Assembly: GCA_030390025.1 (NCBI GenBank)
Contig: CM059432.1
Location: 101,806,001 to 101,870,000 of the forward strand
Direction: 5' to 3'
Length of the DNA stretch: 64,000 nt
Source of the DNA: Squalus acanthias
Taxonomy: Eukaryota
Below the pieces are notes generated by a model. It ran no database searches. It worked only from the letters and a program-made list of their open reading frames with translations, and was not told the DNA's origin. This document shows positions 1-12,403 of the stretch, in pieces. Made by a program: the position numbers and the translations under genes. The stretch's first letter is position 1, and every line of letters begins with the position of its first letter.

Positions 1-1598
1 GGCTGCCCTAGGTTGTCACTTTCCGCCCACAGCCCACTGAACCTATGTTAATGAGCACTGGCCCTCAAAATGGACCAGGCTTCACTCCAGTTCTATCAGT
101 TAGCTGGCTGGCATGCTCCACTGGCCGGACAGCCAAAACCTACATGGAGGGAATCTGTATGCGTGTGTGCGAGAGAGAAAGAGAAAGAAAGGATGGTTCT
201 TATGACATCCCTGTTGTAGGTTTTGTATTGTGTTCTATAAACTTTCAAAAGTGCATTAAACCGAGGGAGAGAGACTAGAGTCAGAAAGAGAGATGGAGAG
301 GTCAGAGAGAGAAAATGAATATGTCTTTCTTCATTTAATGTTACTTCAATTGTCAAAAAAAGGTTAAATTTAGAAGCCCATGTTTTGTTGACACTGTCAA
401 TGCTAAAAGCATGTGCACCTGTGAAATAGAAGTGTAAATTTTTGTCCTCACTGCTTGGGCAGTAATCTGGCAGAGTGGATCACTCGCCCATTGTAGAACT
501 TGCCCGATTTTCATTCTATTGATTTCAGGAGGGCAATCCATTCCACCTGATTATCACCCAGCCAGTGAAGATGAAATTTAACCCCAGGTATTCTAATTCA
601 TAATACATAAAGGACAAAGGGAGAGAGAGAAAGAAACAAAGAGAAATACACAAATGGAGAGAAAGGCAGGCCAGAAGTTTTTTTCCTCATTCTAATTTGA
701 TTTCATTTTAAAAAAGAAACAAGTTGAATTTGAAAGCAAACAAAGCCTAATTGAGAGAAAAAGGAAAGGAGGATAGGGGTGGAGGAGAGATTGCGGGTGA
801 CTGGAGAAGGGAAACTGATTGAGGGTGAAGGGGGCCTCTGCCCTCTCGACGGCCACCCTTCGGGCGAGCCAATGGGAGTGGGGGACTGGGGTAGAGGGTT
901 GAGGGTGAGGTGAGTAACAGTGGATCAAGGGGAAGGGGAGGATAGAGGGGTTGAGTAGGTACTTCAAAGAGGAAGCAGTAGCGGTAGTGCGAGAAGTGAT
1001 GGGGTTATAGGAAGAGGAAGGTGTAGGGTACTCGATGGAAGTGAGATCATGGGGGTGCATGAGTTATTGGTGGGGGGGATGGAAAGGGAACCACTGAGTG
1101 TCACATTTTCCCCATAACCCCACCCCAAAAGCAACCTACAGCTTTTGCTGGCTCCTTTCCTGGGCCACACTACGCCATACCACCTGAAAGGAAAGAAGCA
1201 AAAGGAAAAGACAGAGAGAGAATCAGATGTTCTCATAATGTGTACTGAATTCAAACTTCCTGAATTTTAGAACTTCATATCATAAAGCACACATCTAATA
1301 ATTTATTGTCCAACAATCAGATTATTGGAAATGAAGGTTAGCATTGAGTTTTCCTCACTCACTAATAATAGTTAGGCTGAATCTTTGGTATAGCTAATGC
1401 TCCAACCTGACAAATATCATCTGGTATTTTTAGTTCATTCTCAGTGGGTTGAAAAGAAACATATATGAAAAGTTCTCCATCATATAACTAGCTTGCACTA
1501 ATTTAGCAACCAACATGACTCAGGAGTAGTTCTGATATTGAAGTCAGTGCTCTTCCTACACACCTGGAGAGTTGGAGTTTGGTATTGACAGAAGTATT

Positions 1599-2362
1599 GG
1601 GCCAGAAATTCATCTCTTGTCGGGTGAGTACGCGCTGTGTACTCACCCGTAAGGCCACCTGAAGTGCCGGTTTCCTGCATGCACTGCGCGTGTGTGGGAA
1701 ACCGGAACTTCTGTTCCCCTGAAGGGAGGGGTTCAGAAGTCAAACGCGTGAGCGGGAGAGGCTGCGCGCACGCAGCGAACTTCGTTTTTTTTTCAGGTTT
1801 CTCCGGGAAGGTAAGTATGGAGAAGCTGCACTTTTAAAAAGGAGGCGCAAGGCCTGTTTTTAACAAGGAAAGTGGTTAATTAATTACAATTTAAACAGTT
1901 TTTCAACAGGTTTATCTTTTTTAGATACTTTAAAGAAAGGTAAGTTTATTTTTAGCACCGTTAAAAAGTATAATTAATTTTTTCAAAAATTTAAATTTTT
2001 GTTTAAAGTAGTTAATTTATGTAACTTATAGTTATTTTAAAAATGTGATGTTTTCTTTAAAATTTATTGGAAGTTTAAGTGTGGTTTTGGGACCGATCTC
2101 TATTCATAGATTTGACAGGTCTTCCTGTCAAATCTATGAATGAAAATGCCCTGCTAGGATTGGCTCTCCATGGCCCACGTGATCCCAGGGGACGCTTCGA
2201 ACTAACTGCGCCCCTGGGATACGCAAGCACTGCACGCCGGCAGCTGGAGGAGGCCCAGGACCCGAAGTCCTCGTGGGCCCAAAGCACAACTGCAGGCGCG
2301 GTAGGCAAGTACGCGCGTGATGCTTGCACCCGCAGGAAGCCTGAAAGCCGAATTTCTGGCCC
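1599..2362 (+). mobile_element. MITE family A, copy 1
   Basis: Perfect 13-bp TIR GGGCCAGAAATTC. GC-rich hairpin arms around an AT-rich core. Homologous to 40400-41173 and 56655-57420. Confidence 0.9.
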
Positions 2363-2632
2363 AATATGTTTAAAAGAGAACAGGGGGAAAAAGGCTCAGC
2401 AACCCCAACAAAAAAATCTTTAAAATGGACAACAGCTTCACTATGGATCATCCAATTTATTTTAATAGATTTCTGAAAAAAATGTCACTTTAATTACATA
2501 AAGGTTCTCCACAAGGCATAGAAAATAATTGCATCAGGGAGGTGCTACAATGTGGGGATTTTTTAAACAGGATTATTATACGTATAAAAGAAAGATTTTA
2601 TGAAAAGAAATGTTATACATATGAAAGATAGT

Positions 2633-5573
2633 GGCCGTGATATTTATGGGGAGGGTGCAGGGGAGCACAGTAGTGGGGGGGTGGGGAAACGTGGAATTTC
2701 CGGGGACGCGAAGGTCTTGTTGAATTTAACGGCAGGATCTCATTATTATATTTTAATTCCATTTCCTGCCCAGCTACTGGGTGGAAAGGCCGATTGTTGG
2801 GGACCATTGGGAAAGATTGGTGGTTAATGGGGGGATCAGAGCCCAGCAATCAGGTGGGAGGGAGGGGAAGATCAGGGGTTGGTAGGAGTCAGTAGTTCCC
2901 GGGGCAGGAGGCTTGGGATCGGGGGTTGATGAGGGTTGGGGGGGTGTTGGCAGCTTGTGGGGCAGGAGGCTCGGGATTGGGGGTTGATGAGGGTTATAGA
3001 AACATAGAAGATAGGAGCAGGAGTAGGCCATTCGGCCCCTCGAGCCTGTTCCGCCATTTAATGAGATCATGGCTGATCGTCCAAATTCAGTACCCTGTCC
3101 CTGCTTTCTCCCCATATCCCTTGATCCCTTTAGCCTTAAGAAATATATCTAACTCCTTCTTGAATATATTTAATGAATTGGCCTCAACTGCCTTCTGTGG
3201 TAGAGAATTCCACAGGTTCACCACTCTCTGGGTGAAGAAATTCCTCCTCATCTCAGTCCTAAATGGCTTACCCCTTATCCTTAGACTGTGACCCCTGGTT
3301 CTGGACTCCCCTGCCATCGGGAACACCCTTCCTGCATCTAGTCTGTCTAGTCCTGTTAGAATTTTATAAGTTTCCATGAGATCCCCTCTCATTCTTCTAA
3401 ACTCCAGCGAATATAAGCCTAATCGATCCAATCTCTCTTCATACGTCATTCCTGCCATCCCAGGTATCAGTCTGGTGAATCTTCGCTGCACTCTCTCCAT
3501 GGCAAGAACATCCTTCCTCAGATAAGGCGACCAAAACTGCACACAATACTCAAGGTGTGGTCTCACCAAGGCCTTGTACAACTGCAGCAAGACATCCTTG
3601 CTCCTGTACTCGAATCCTCTCGCTATGAAGGCCAACATACCATTTGCCTTCTTAACCGCCTGCTGCACCTGCATGCTTACCTTCAGCGACTGGTGTACAA
3701 GGACACCCAGGTCTCGTTGCACTTCCTCTTTTCCCAATCTATTGCCGTTCAGATAATAATCTGTTTTCTTGTTTTTGCCACCGAAGTGGATAACCTCGCA
3801 TTTATCCACATTATACTGCATTTGCCATGCATCTGCCCAATCACCCAACCTGTCCAAATCATACTGGAGTTTCTCTGCATCCTCCTCACAGCACACATGC
3901 CCACCCAGCTTTGTGTCGTCTGCAAACTTGGAGATATTACATCTAGTTCCCATCTAGATCATTTATATATATTGTGAATAGCTGGGGCCCTAGCACCGAT
4001 CCCTGCGGTACCCCACTAGTCACTGCCTGCCACTCGGAAAAAGACCCGTTTATTCCAACTCTTTGCTTCCTGTCTGCCAACCAGTTCTCTATCCAAGATA
4101 GTACCTTATCCCCCAATCCCATGTGCTTTAACTTTGCACGCTAATCTTTTATGCGGGACCTTATCGAAAGCCTTCTGAAAGTCCAAATACACCACATCCA
4201 CTGGTTCTCCCTTATCTATTCTACCAGTTACATCCTCAAAAAATTCCAGTAGATTAGTCAAGCATGATTTACCTTTTGTAAATCCATGTTGACTTTGTCC
4301 GATCCTGTCACTGTTTTCCAAGTGCTCTGCTATTACATCTTTTATCATGGACTCTAGCATTTTCCCGACTACCGATGTCAGGCTTACCGGTCTATAATTC
4401 CCTGTTTTCTCTCTACTGCCTTTTTTAAATAGTGTGGTTACATTAGCTATCCTCCAATCCATGGGAACTGTTCCAGAGTCCATAGAATTTTGGAAGATGA
4501 CCAGCAATGCATCTACTATTTCTAGGGCCACTTCCTTAAGTACCCTAGGATGTAGATTATCAGGCCCTGGAGATTTATCGGCCTTCAATCCCGCCAATTT
4601 CCCGAACACCATTTCCCTACAAATACTGATTTCATTCAATTCCTCCCTCTTATTAGACCCTATGTTCCCCAACATCTCTGGGAGGTTATTTGTGTCCTCC
4701 TTTGTGAAGACAGAACCAAAGTATGTATTTAATTGGTCTGCCATTTCTTTGTTCCCCATTATAAATTCCCCTGATTCTGACTGCAAGGGACCTACGCTTG
4801 ACTTCACCAATCTTTTTCTCTTCACATATCTATAGAAGCTTTTACAGTCAGTTTTTATGTTCCCTGAAAGCTTACTCTCATAATCTATTTTCCCCCTCTT
4901 AATTAATCCCTTTGTCCTGTTTTGCTGAATCCTAAACTGCTCCCAATCCGCAGGTTTGCTGCTTTTTCTGGCCAATTTATATGTCGTCTCCTTGGATCTT
5001 ATGCTATCCCTAATTTCCCTTGTTAGCCACGGTTGAGTCACCTTTTTTGTTTTATTTTTATGCCAAACAGGGATGAACAAATTCTGTAGTTCATCCATGT
5101 GATCTTTAAATGTTTGCCATTGCCTATCCACCGTCAACTCTTTAAGTAACATTCCCCAATCCATCCTAGCCAACTTGTGCCTCATACCATCGTAGTTTCC
5201 TTTATTTAAATTCAGGACCCTAAATGAGGGTTGGGGGGGTATTGGCAGATTGTGGGGCAAGAGGCTCGGGATCGGGGGTTCCTGGCTCACAAGGAGTGCT
5301 CTAAAAAACACTAACCTTCTCGAACCGGCTCCCATCTCTATTTAGCTGCCAGGTTTCCAGAGCCTTGGAAAACCCAGCCGGCAACCGTGGGAACCTGATT
5401 TAAATATTATAATGAAGTGTCCCGCCTTTCTAAGACATGACATGGGCACGTCACACTGCCGTAAAAATGGAGGCCGCCGCGTACCTGGCGGGTTGGGGGG
5501 CACGTTTCGCAATGTAAAATTTTTAACCCCATCTCCCGACCGTCGTTATGGTTGGTGGGTTAATAGCGACACC
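2633..5573. mobile_element. MITE-like element with a G-rich ~58-bp minisatellite, interrupted by a CR1 LINE
   Basis: Degenerate termini GGCCGTGATATT / AATAGCGACACC, with AGT on both flanks (2630-2632, 5574-5576). The minisatellite continues on both sides of the LINE. Confidence 0.6.
2996..5223 (-). mobile_element. 5'-truncated CR1 LINE (ORF2 reverse transcriptase, about two frameshifts)
   Basis: ORFs 4106-5223 and 3087-3953 with KSPGPD, NYRPVSLTS, YLDFQKAFD and KFADD motifs. TTCTATGTTTCTAT tail. 9-bp TSD ATGAGGGTT at 2987-2995 and 5224-5232. Confidence 0.95.
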
Positions 5574-6253
5574 AGTATTACCAGACAATTCGGACATGTT
5601 GCTTTGCTGCATTAGAATATCAATCTATATGATAGGTAAAGGATCAAATAAAACAATACTATCTAAAGAAATGAATTCAAGGCAGCATGCTCAATGAGAT
5701 AATTCAATTTCCATAACGGCAAGAACATTGAGCGGCCAAATCCCTCCAGAATTTAATGTCACATCATCGAGCACTGATTGTTCATCTCTCTGAAGAGTTA
5801 GTTCGAACCAACAGAAATTAAGCACCAGATTAGTGTGCAATGGCATATACAAATGGAAAGAATACAAATTTTACTGCTACAATGTTCAGAAGCTGCTTTT
5901 TGGAAAGCTATAAAATTGATGCAAGTTCAAGTATTACTATGCTATTATGCATTTTTATTTCCTGTGAGCTTATGGTGCAATTAATGGTGTGTGCATAAGG
6001 CTGCCAACTTCACGAGTAAATGGATGCCCTTAGTATTAGGAATGGTGGATCTTTATGACTTTTGATTTTTTTTTAAATGCATCGTACATAAATGCCATAA
6101 AAATGTGAACAGAAATTAGATTGTCAGATAAATTACAGTAGTTCTCCCAGCAACTCACTAGTTAAATGGAACAAAAAGTGGGGAATTCAACTATGCAAGT
6201 CAAGAAAGTTCCAAGTTTAGCCCCTGGTCCTTGCTGAGTTAGCTAATCTAAGC

Positions 6254-6698
6254 AACATGGTGGCATAGTGGTTAGCACTGGTGCCTCACAGCGCCAGGGA
6301 CCCGGGTTCGAATCTGGCCTCGGGTGACTGTCTGTGTGGAGTTTGCACATTCTCCCCGTGTCTGCGTGGGTTTCCTCCGGGTGCTCCGGTTTCCTCCCAC
6401 AGTCCAAAAATGTGTGGGTTAGGTTGATTTGGCTATGATAAATTGACCCTTAGTGTTAGGGGGGGATTAAATATGTGGGGTTATGGGGATAGGATGGGAT
6501 ATGTTAGGGGGAATTAATTACGTGGGGTTACGGGGATAGGGTGGGATATGTGTCGGTGCAGGCTCAATGGGGATTCTGTGTGAGAAAGCAGGGACAGGGT
6601 ACTGGATTTGGATGATCAGCCATGATCGTATTGAATGGTGGAGCAGGCTCGACGGGCCGAATGGCCTACTTCTGCTCCTAGTTTCTATGTTTCTATGT
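6254..6698 (+). mobile_element. tRNA-derived V-SINE (HE1-like) fused to a CR1 3' end
   Basis: A box TGGCATAGTGG, B box GGTTCGAATC, V-domain-like TGTGGAGTTTGCACATTCTCCCCGTGTCTGCGTGGGTTTCCTCCGGGTGCTCCGGTTTCCTCCCAC. TAAGC TSD at 6249-6253 and 6699-6703. Confidence 0.85.
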
Positions 6699-7109
6699 TA
6701 AGCTGGGGCAGCAGCAGAACAACACCATTAGACTTGATATCTTCAGGCGAGGGAAAGAGGGGAGACAGCCAGGTTTTATGTTCATGGTCATTATCTCATA
6801 AATTGTATTTGAACGTAGATGTGGACAAGTTGAAGTGTGAGTATGAACTCTTTCTACTTTCCCAGCACAGATGGTGGAATGAGCCTGTTTTCAGGCCACC
6901 TCCAATGTAGCTCTTCAATCAGTAATAAAGAGACATGCAAGAATGTCTGTTGATTTTTCATTCTCCCATTCCCATGGGAAGCATGTGACCTCTATGAAAA
7001 CTTTGTCGCCTTTCAAGGAGGCCTTTTAATAAGGAAACTGCACAGAAGCTGCAGATTGTGGAGTCCTGAGCTCGGATTTTTCAGTCAGTGGTGAATGAAT
7101 GGCACCACA

Positions 7110-7272
7110 CAAGCGCCTCCAACCCTTCTTCATCTCACCCTATCAGCATAGCCTTCTATTCATTTCTCTCTCATGTGCTTATCTAGCTTTCCCTTAAATG
7201 CATCTATGCCAGTCACCTCAACGACTCCTTGCAGTAGTGATTTCCACATCCTAACCACTCTCTAGGTAAAGA
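7110..7272 (-). mobile_element. CR1 3' fragment
   Basis: Homologous to the CR1 3' end at ~55250-55410. Confidence 0.7.
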
Positions 7273-7759
7273 ATATAATATAAATTTTATAAATCTACAG
7301 ATAAAAGTGTTCTGCGACATTAAAGGGCTGCCCAATTGGTAATAATCAGCAGTTTGTTTGGAATAAGGGACATCTCAGCTTGCACGTGATGTCTATTTAT
7401 TGTTGAGCTCTTGGGCTCCGTTGTTTGTGTCTTTATAATCTGGGAATGGTTCTAAAGTTCTTTGATAATTAAGACATCAACTGGCTTATTTCCTATTTTT
7501 GCCCAGTAGCAGATGACATATCCTGGTAGACAGTTCTGGCCAGCACTGCTTTTAGCACTTTAATAACCATATAAGCGCTATAAAAAACATACAGTACCTC
7601 AATCTAGTTGTGGAGTATATAAATTTGGAACATTGATGGAGCGGTGAGGCATAAAAAGGCCTGATTCATGGAGGAGGCCTTACAATCTCTTTCTGCCCTG
7701 CACCATTACCTCTGAAGCATCCCCCTCCCCCAACCCCCCCCCCCCCCACCCCTCAGATC

Positions 7760-8583
7760 TATCCTTGATTCCCTCCTATTTTTAATTTACACGTTGCCCC
7801 TCGGCAACATCATCTGAAGGCATGACATCAGATTCCACATGTATGCTGACGACACCCAGCTCTACATCATCACCACCTCTCTCGACCCCTCCACCACCTC
7901 TGTGTTGTCAGACTGCTTGTCCGAATAGTCGCAATTTCCTCCAATTAAATATTGGGAACTGAGGCCATTGTCATCAGTCCCCGCCACAAACTCAGTTCCA
8001 TAGCCACTGATTCCATTCCCCTCCCTGGCCACAGTCTCAGGCTAAACCAGTCTGTTCGCAACCTCGACGTCCTAGTTTCCATCCTCCCATCTTCCACCCT
8101 CCATAAACTGGAGCTATTCCAAAACTATGCTGCACATATCCCAACTCGCAACAAGTCCCGTTCGCTCATCATCCTTGTGCTTGCTGAGCAGCAATTCCTC
8201 GATTTTAAAATTCTTACCCTTGTGTTCAAATTCCTCCATGGCCTCGCCCCTCCCTATCTCTGGAACATCATCCAGCTCTACAACTGTCAGAAATCTATGC
8301 TTTCCTGACTGCTTATGCATTCCTCACTTCCTTCGCCCCACCATTGGCAGCCGTGCCTTCTGCCGTCTGTGTCCTAAGTTCTGAAATTCCCTCCATAAAC
8401 ATCCCTGCTTCTCCACCTTTCTCTCATCCTTTAAAATGCTCCTACCTCTTTGAGCAAGCTGTTAGTCACCCATCTTAGTATCTCCTTCTTGGACTCACTG
8501 TCATTTTTTGTCTGATTACACTCCTGTGAAGTGCCTTGAGTTGTTTTACCACAGTAAAGGCATAAGTTGTTATTGTTGTTGTT
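7760..8583 (+). mobile_element. Decayed L2-type LINE 3' portion
   Basis: Encodes FHMYADDTQLY and FKILTLVFKFLHGLAPPYL. Ends in a (GTT)n-like tail. Confidence 0.8.
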
Positions 8584-9433
8584 AGATGACAGTTGAGTGC
8601 GTTAGAAAAAGCAGAAATGCTCTCTACGCTTCGCAAGGGCAGCCCACAAATGTAAATTTATTGTTTTTGATATTTCAGATATATTACAACAAGCTGCAAA
8701 GCAGACATGCAAAGTGGGAGATGATAAAGGTTGTTCAATAATAACCTTAGAAACACTGGGGATCTTACTGTAATTACTCTGGTTTTCTAACTGCAGCTAT
8801 TATGGTATTTGATATTTTATTCCGCTATACTTTGCTTTCCCTTATCTCTGCAAAAGTTACCCCTATATAATACTCACCATTATTTTTCTTGCAGTATGAA
8901 ACAGACTTCAAGAGGTGCTGATGGGGAAGTATCGGTGATGGCATGCAGCAAGCAAAATCTCTTACCTGCTATCAGGAAGCCAAAGTGTAAATCATAGGCT
9001 GAGAGACCATGGGTAATGCTTATATTTGTGGAGATGGTTTGTAGAAAGGTAAATTGCATACATTCACTGTACCAAAGATTTTGATTTTGATGTGCTTATG
9101 CATATTACTACATATTTTTAAAAATAGACCACAAACCCAGGAGCAGAAACCTAAGGTGAGATTTTAATTAAGAGCGAGTTTCGGACAGATGGGAAAAGGG
9201 GTGAGCGTCAAACCCACCCAATATAATCAGTCTGATACTCGGCCTATTTTAACTCCCAAGACATATTAGCATCATGCCGGCCAGCTGCCCACACAAAACG
9301 GGCGGAAAGACCCAGCTAGCCAGTTGCTGGCAGTCAGATAAGTCACTGGGTCTCGCGAGGGAGAGCCCGGGCATTGGAGACTGAGACGTTCCTTGTGGGG
9401 CCTAGAGGAGCGCTCCACTGATCCTTGCTCCAA

Positions 9434-10246
9434 GGGGGTGATTTTGCCAATGGAGGCGGGACTGCTGCTTGTCGGGTTTTAGTCCCGCCTCCATCGACTT
9501 GTGGCCAACCCACGCTATTTTCCCTTGATTGACCTTGTTAAGCCCTCCCAGTGGGCTTAGCAGGCCAATTAAGGGAAAGCGTATGAGGTTTCATCTGTCA
9601 AAAATTTTTGACAGATGAATTGTCATCGTTTGACAGCTTTGAGAAGCTGTCAAACACTGACATTCTCTGTTGTTTGGTGAGTTCCTGTACTCAAGGCTCA
9701 CCAAACCTATTTCCTGAGCAGAAAACAGATGGCTGTTGCATCGGAGAATGCAGCAGCCATTCTGTCATCTCTGCCGTGGAGATGCCGGAGCCTCCGGATC
9801 CCCAACGATTGAAGCCTGCAGGAAGAAACAAAGGTAAGGAAACTTTTTCTAACACTTTTCACTCACTTCACATACTTACCTCTCCACACTTGCACCCATC
9901 ACTCACCTCCACAGCGCACTTTTGGACCCCTCTCACCCCCGCAGACCCACTGCTCACCTCGCTGACCCTGGCGGGGTTTCCCGACGTCGGGAAGTCCGCA
10001 CCTCTGTTGGAAAAATGGGGATAAACCTCTTAACTGCCTGTTAACTACCTGTTAACAGGCAGTTAAGTGGCTGTAATCCCCTTCCCGCCTCCAGGAGATG
10101 GGACCTGGTGCGGGTCGGGTACCCGCCTCCTGGGAAGATGGCATGGAGGCGGGTTTGGGGTGGGATGGGTACCCGCGCCCAGATTTTGCCATTTTCCTGG
10201 CAGTCCCACCTCCAAATCCACCTCCCCAGGGTTGGCAAAATCGCCC
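9434..10246 (+). mobile_element. MITE family B, copy 1
   Basis: Termini GGGGGTGATTTTGCCAA / TTGGCAAAATCGCCC. Several internal palindromes. Homologous to 42772-43423. Confidence 0.85.
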
Positions 10247-12271
10247 AAGTCTCCTGGTAGCAGTGCAGTGGTCACTTTCCCTTCCATTAAACGTTCTGAC
10301 CAGATGCTGTTCCTTAGCTTCAGGCTTGGTTCCAGGAGTTGATATGGGTCAGAAATCATATCCCTGTTGAGGGGTAACCTCTGTACACACTGTTCCTTGC
10401 CAAGGCATATCAGCAATAGTTGTGCTGCATTGGATAGTAGCAAGCCCTTCTCCTAGGCTCTCAAACCACCTGGGCCATTGTCTCCTGTTTTTCATGCTCA
10501 TCATTCTCCAAAGTGTCTAACAAAAGAGTTCATGCTTCATTTATATTGCTTGTTGACTGAAAGACTTCTCAGACTAATTTTGCACCCTGCTCTGTTTTGC
10601 CCACCCACACCTCCCAACTCTGGCAGCTTCCTCTGATCTTTTTACACCAGCTTCAATTATGTAGATAATGTAAATTGAGAGTAAATTTGCATGTTCTCTG
10701 TTGATTTTCACTTAACAATTACTTAACACGCCAAAGAATTCCTAAAACTCAGCACTATTGTGCATCAGACCGGAGCAGTTATAACACTGTGGACAAAATT
10801 AGCACCTTCACTATAAATGCTACCTCAAAAAATGACAACTTTACTTTAATGCACAATTATTGTGTACACTGGTTTGAATGCTCAGAGCAAATGAACCATT
10901 ATAGAGTTTACCATCAGTGTTCATGCCAGTGAGAATATGATATTACTTGTGGGTGGCTGTTAAAGCAAGATTATACAAAAAAAATTCTCAAAAGTAAATA
11001 AATAAATCTTCTTGCTGCCAAGAAGAAAATCTAGAGTTTATACTTTTCAATATTTAATGCTATATGGTGCTCATCTATGAAACTACTCAGTTTCTGTAAA
11101 TCCATTGGAATGATGTTCCACTCCTTGAAAAATCCTACTTCTCCACACAATTCAAAACCATCAGCGAACAGAGAGGTGCTTACCCTACTTTTGATTCTAA
11201 TGAAAGTATTGGCTGTGAAGGGGTTTTGAGTAACACACTAAGTTATTTCAGGATTTTGAATGGAATGCTTGAGCATCAGGTTAGAAATTGTCTGAAATAC
11301 TGAGCAGTTTTGTATGACTTAAATATTTCAAGAAGTTGTTTGACAGAAGTACTGACAATGGGCCATCATTGAAATACTGAGTGAGGGGGTTGGGGGAAGA
11401 GGGGAAATCAGATTTAACTGTGAGCAGGGTGGAACTTGATTGAAAACGAGTGTGAAGAAATGGCTTGACAGAAGTATAGAATAAGTTTTTTTGGGGAAGG
11501 ATTGCATTGGAAGGGAGAATATTGACTGATGTGATTGGTATGCAGGGAGAGATATGTTTGAATAACTGAGTATCAGAGTGAATAACATACTGACAGTTTA
11601 ATCAAAACTAAAATACTATATGCATGTGGTGGGGGGTTTGTCTAAGATGCTGTGTTCTTGTGTATATGGGTGGTGGGGGGGTTGGGGGGAAGTTATAACC
11701 ACTGACCCCTCATGGATATTTAGACAATTAAGAGTGCCGGACCAGTTTGATGAGTGTTCCCATGCGTCTTATGCCCTTGTTCTTCTAGGTAGTAGAGGTC
11801 GTGGGTTTGGGAGGTGCTGCAGTCGAACACTTGGCAAGTTGCTACAGTGCATCTTGTAGACTATACACACTGCAGCCACAGAGCGCTGGTGGAGAGGGAG
11901 TGAATGTTTAAGGTGGTGGATGGAGTACCAATCAAGCAGGCTGCTTTGTTCTGGATGGTGTCGAGCTTCTTGAGTGTTGTTGGACTTGCACTCATCCAGG
12001 CAAGTGGAGAGCATTCCATCACGCTCTTGATTATGCCTTGTAGATGGTGGAATTCAGCTCTTTTGTCCATGTTTGAACCAAGGCTGTTCTGAATTCTGGA
12101 GCTGAGTGGTCCTGGCCGAACCCAAACTGAGCATTGGTGAGCAGGTTATGGTGAGTAAGTACTGCTTAATAGCACTGTTGACAACACCTTCCATCACTTT
12201 GCTGATGATTGAGAGTAGACTGATGGGGCGGTAATTGGCCGGATTGGATTTGTCTTGCTTTTTATGGACAG

Positions 12272-12403
12272 AAATGAGAAGTCGCACAACACCAGGTTAT
12301 AGTCTAACAGATTTATTTAATTTTACAAGCTTTCGGAGCAGTTCGCTCCTTCGTCAGGTAAGTTAGCAGTGAGAGAATCTCCCAGAATTCACAATTTAAA
12401 CAA
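12272..12403 (-). mobile_element. Short Penelope-type element (pLTR/3' fragment) inserted in the LINE
   Basis: 10-bp TSD TTATGGACAG at 12262-12271 and 12404-12413. Near-identical to ~41930-42061. Confidence 0.8.
12323..12361 (-). ncRNA. Minimal type I hammerhead ribozyme motif
   Basis: Minus strand reads TTAC-CTGACGA-A-GGAGC(GAACT)GCTCC-GAAA-GC-TT-GTAA: core, stem II, palindromic AGCT in place of stem III, and a TTAC/GTAA stem I. Confidence 0.7.

Noticed and set aside
692..1254. Pro/Ser-rich minus-strand ORFs
   Set aside because: They reflect a purine-rich low-complexity tract and have no domain features.
1498..2451. Recurrent short ORFs in family A MITEs (also at ~40250-41195 and ~56481-56918)
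   Set aside because: They arise from GC-rich palindromic repeat sequence, and starts and stops are not kept between copies.
6254..6330. tRNA gene
   Set aside because: The A/B boxes run straight into a SINE body; this is a SINE head. The same applies at ~34130 and ~14187.
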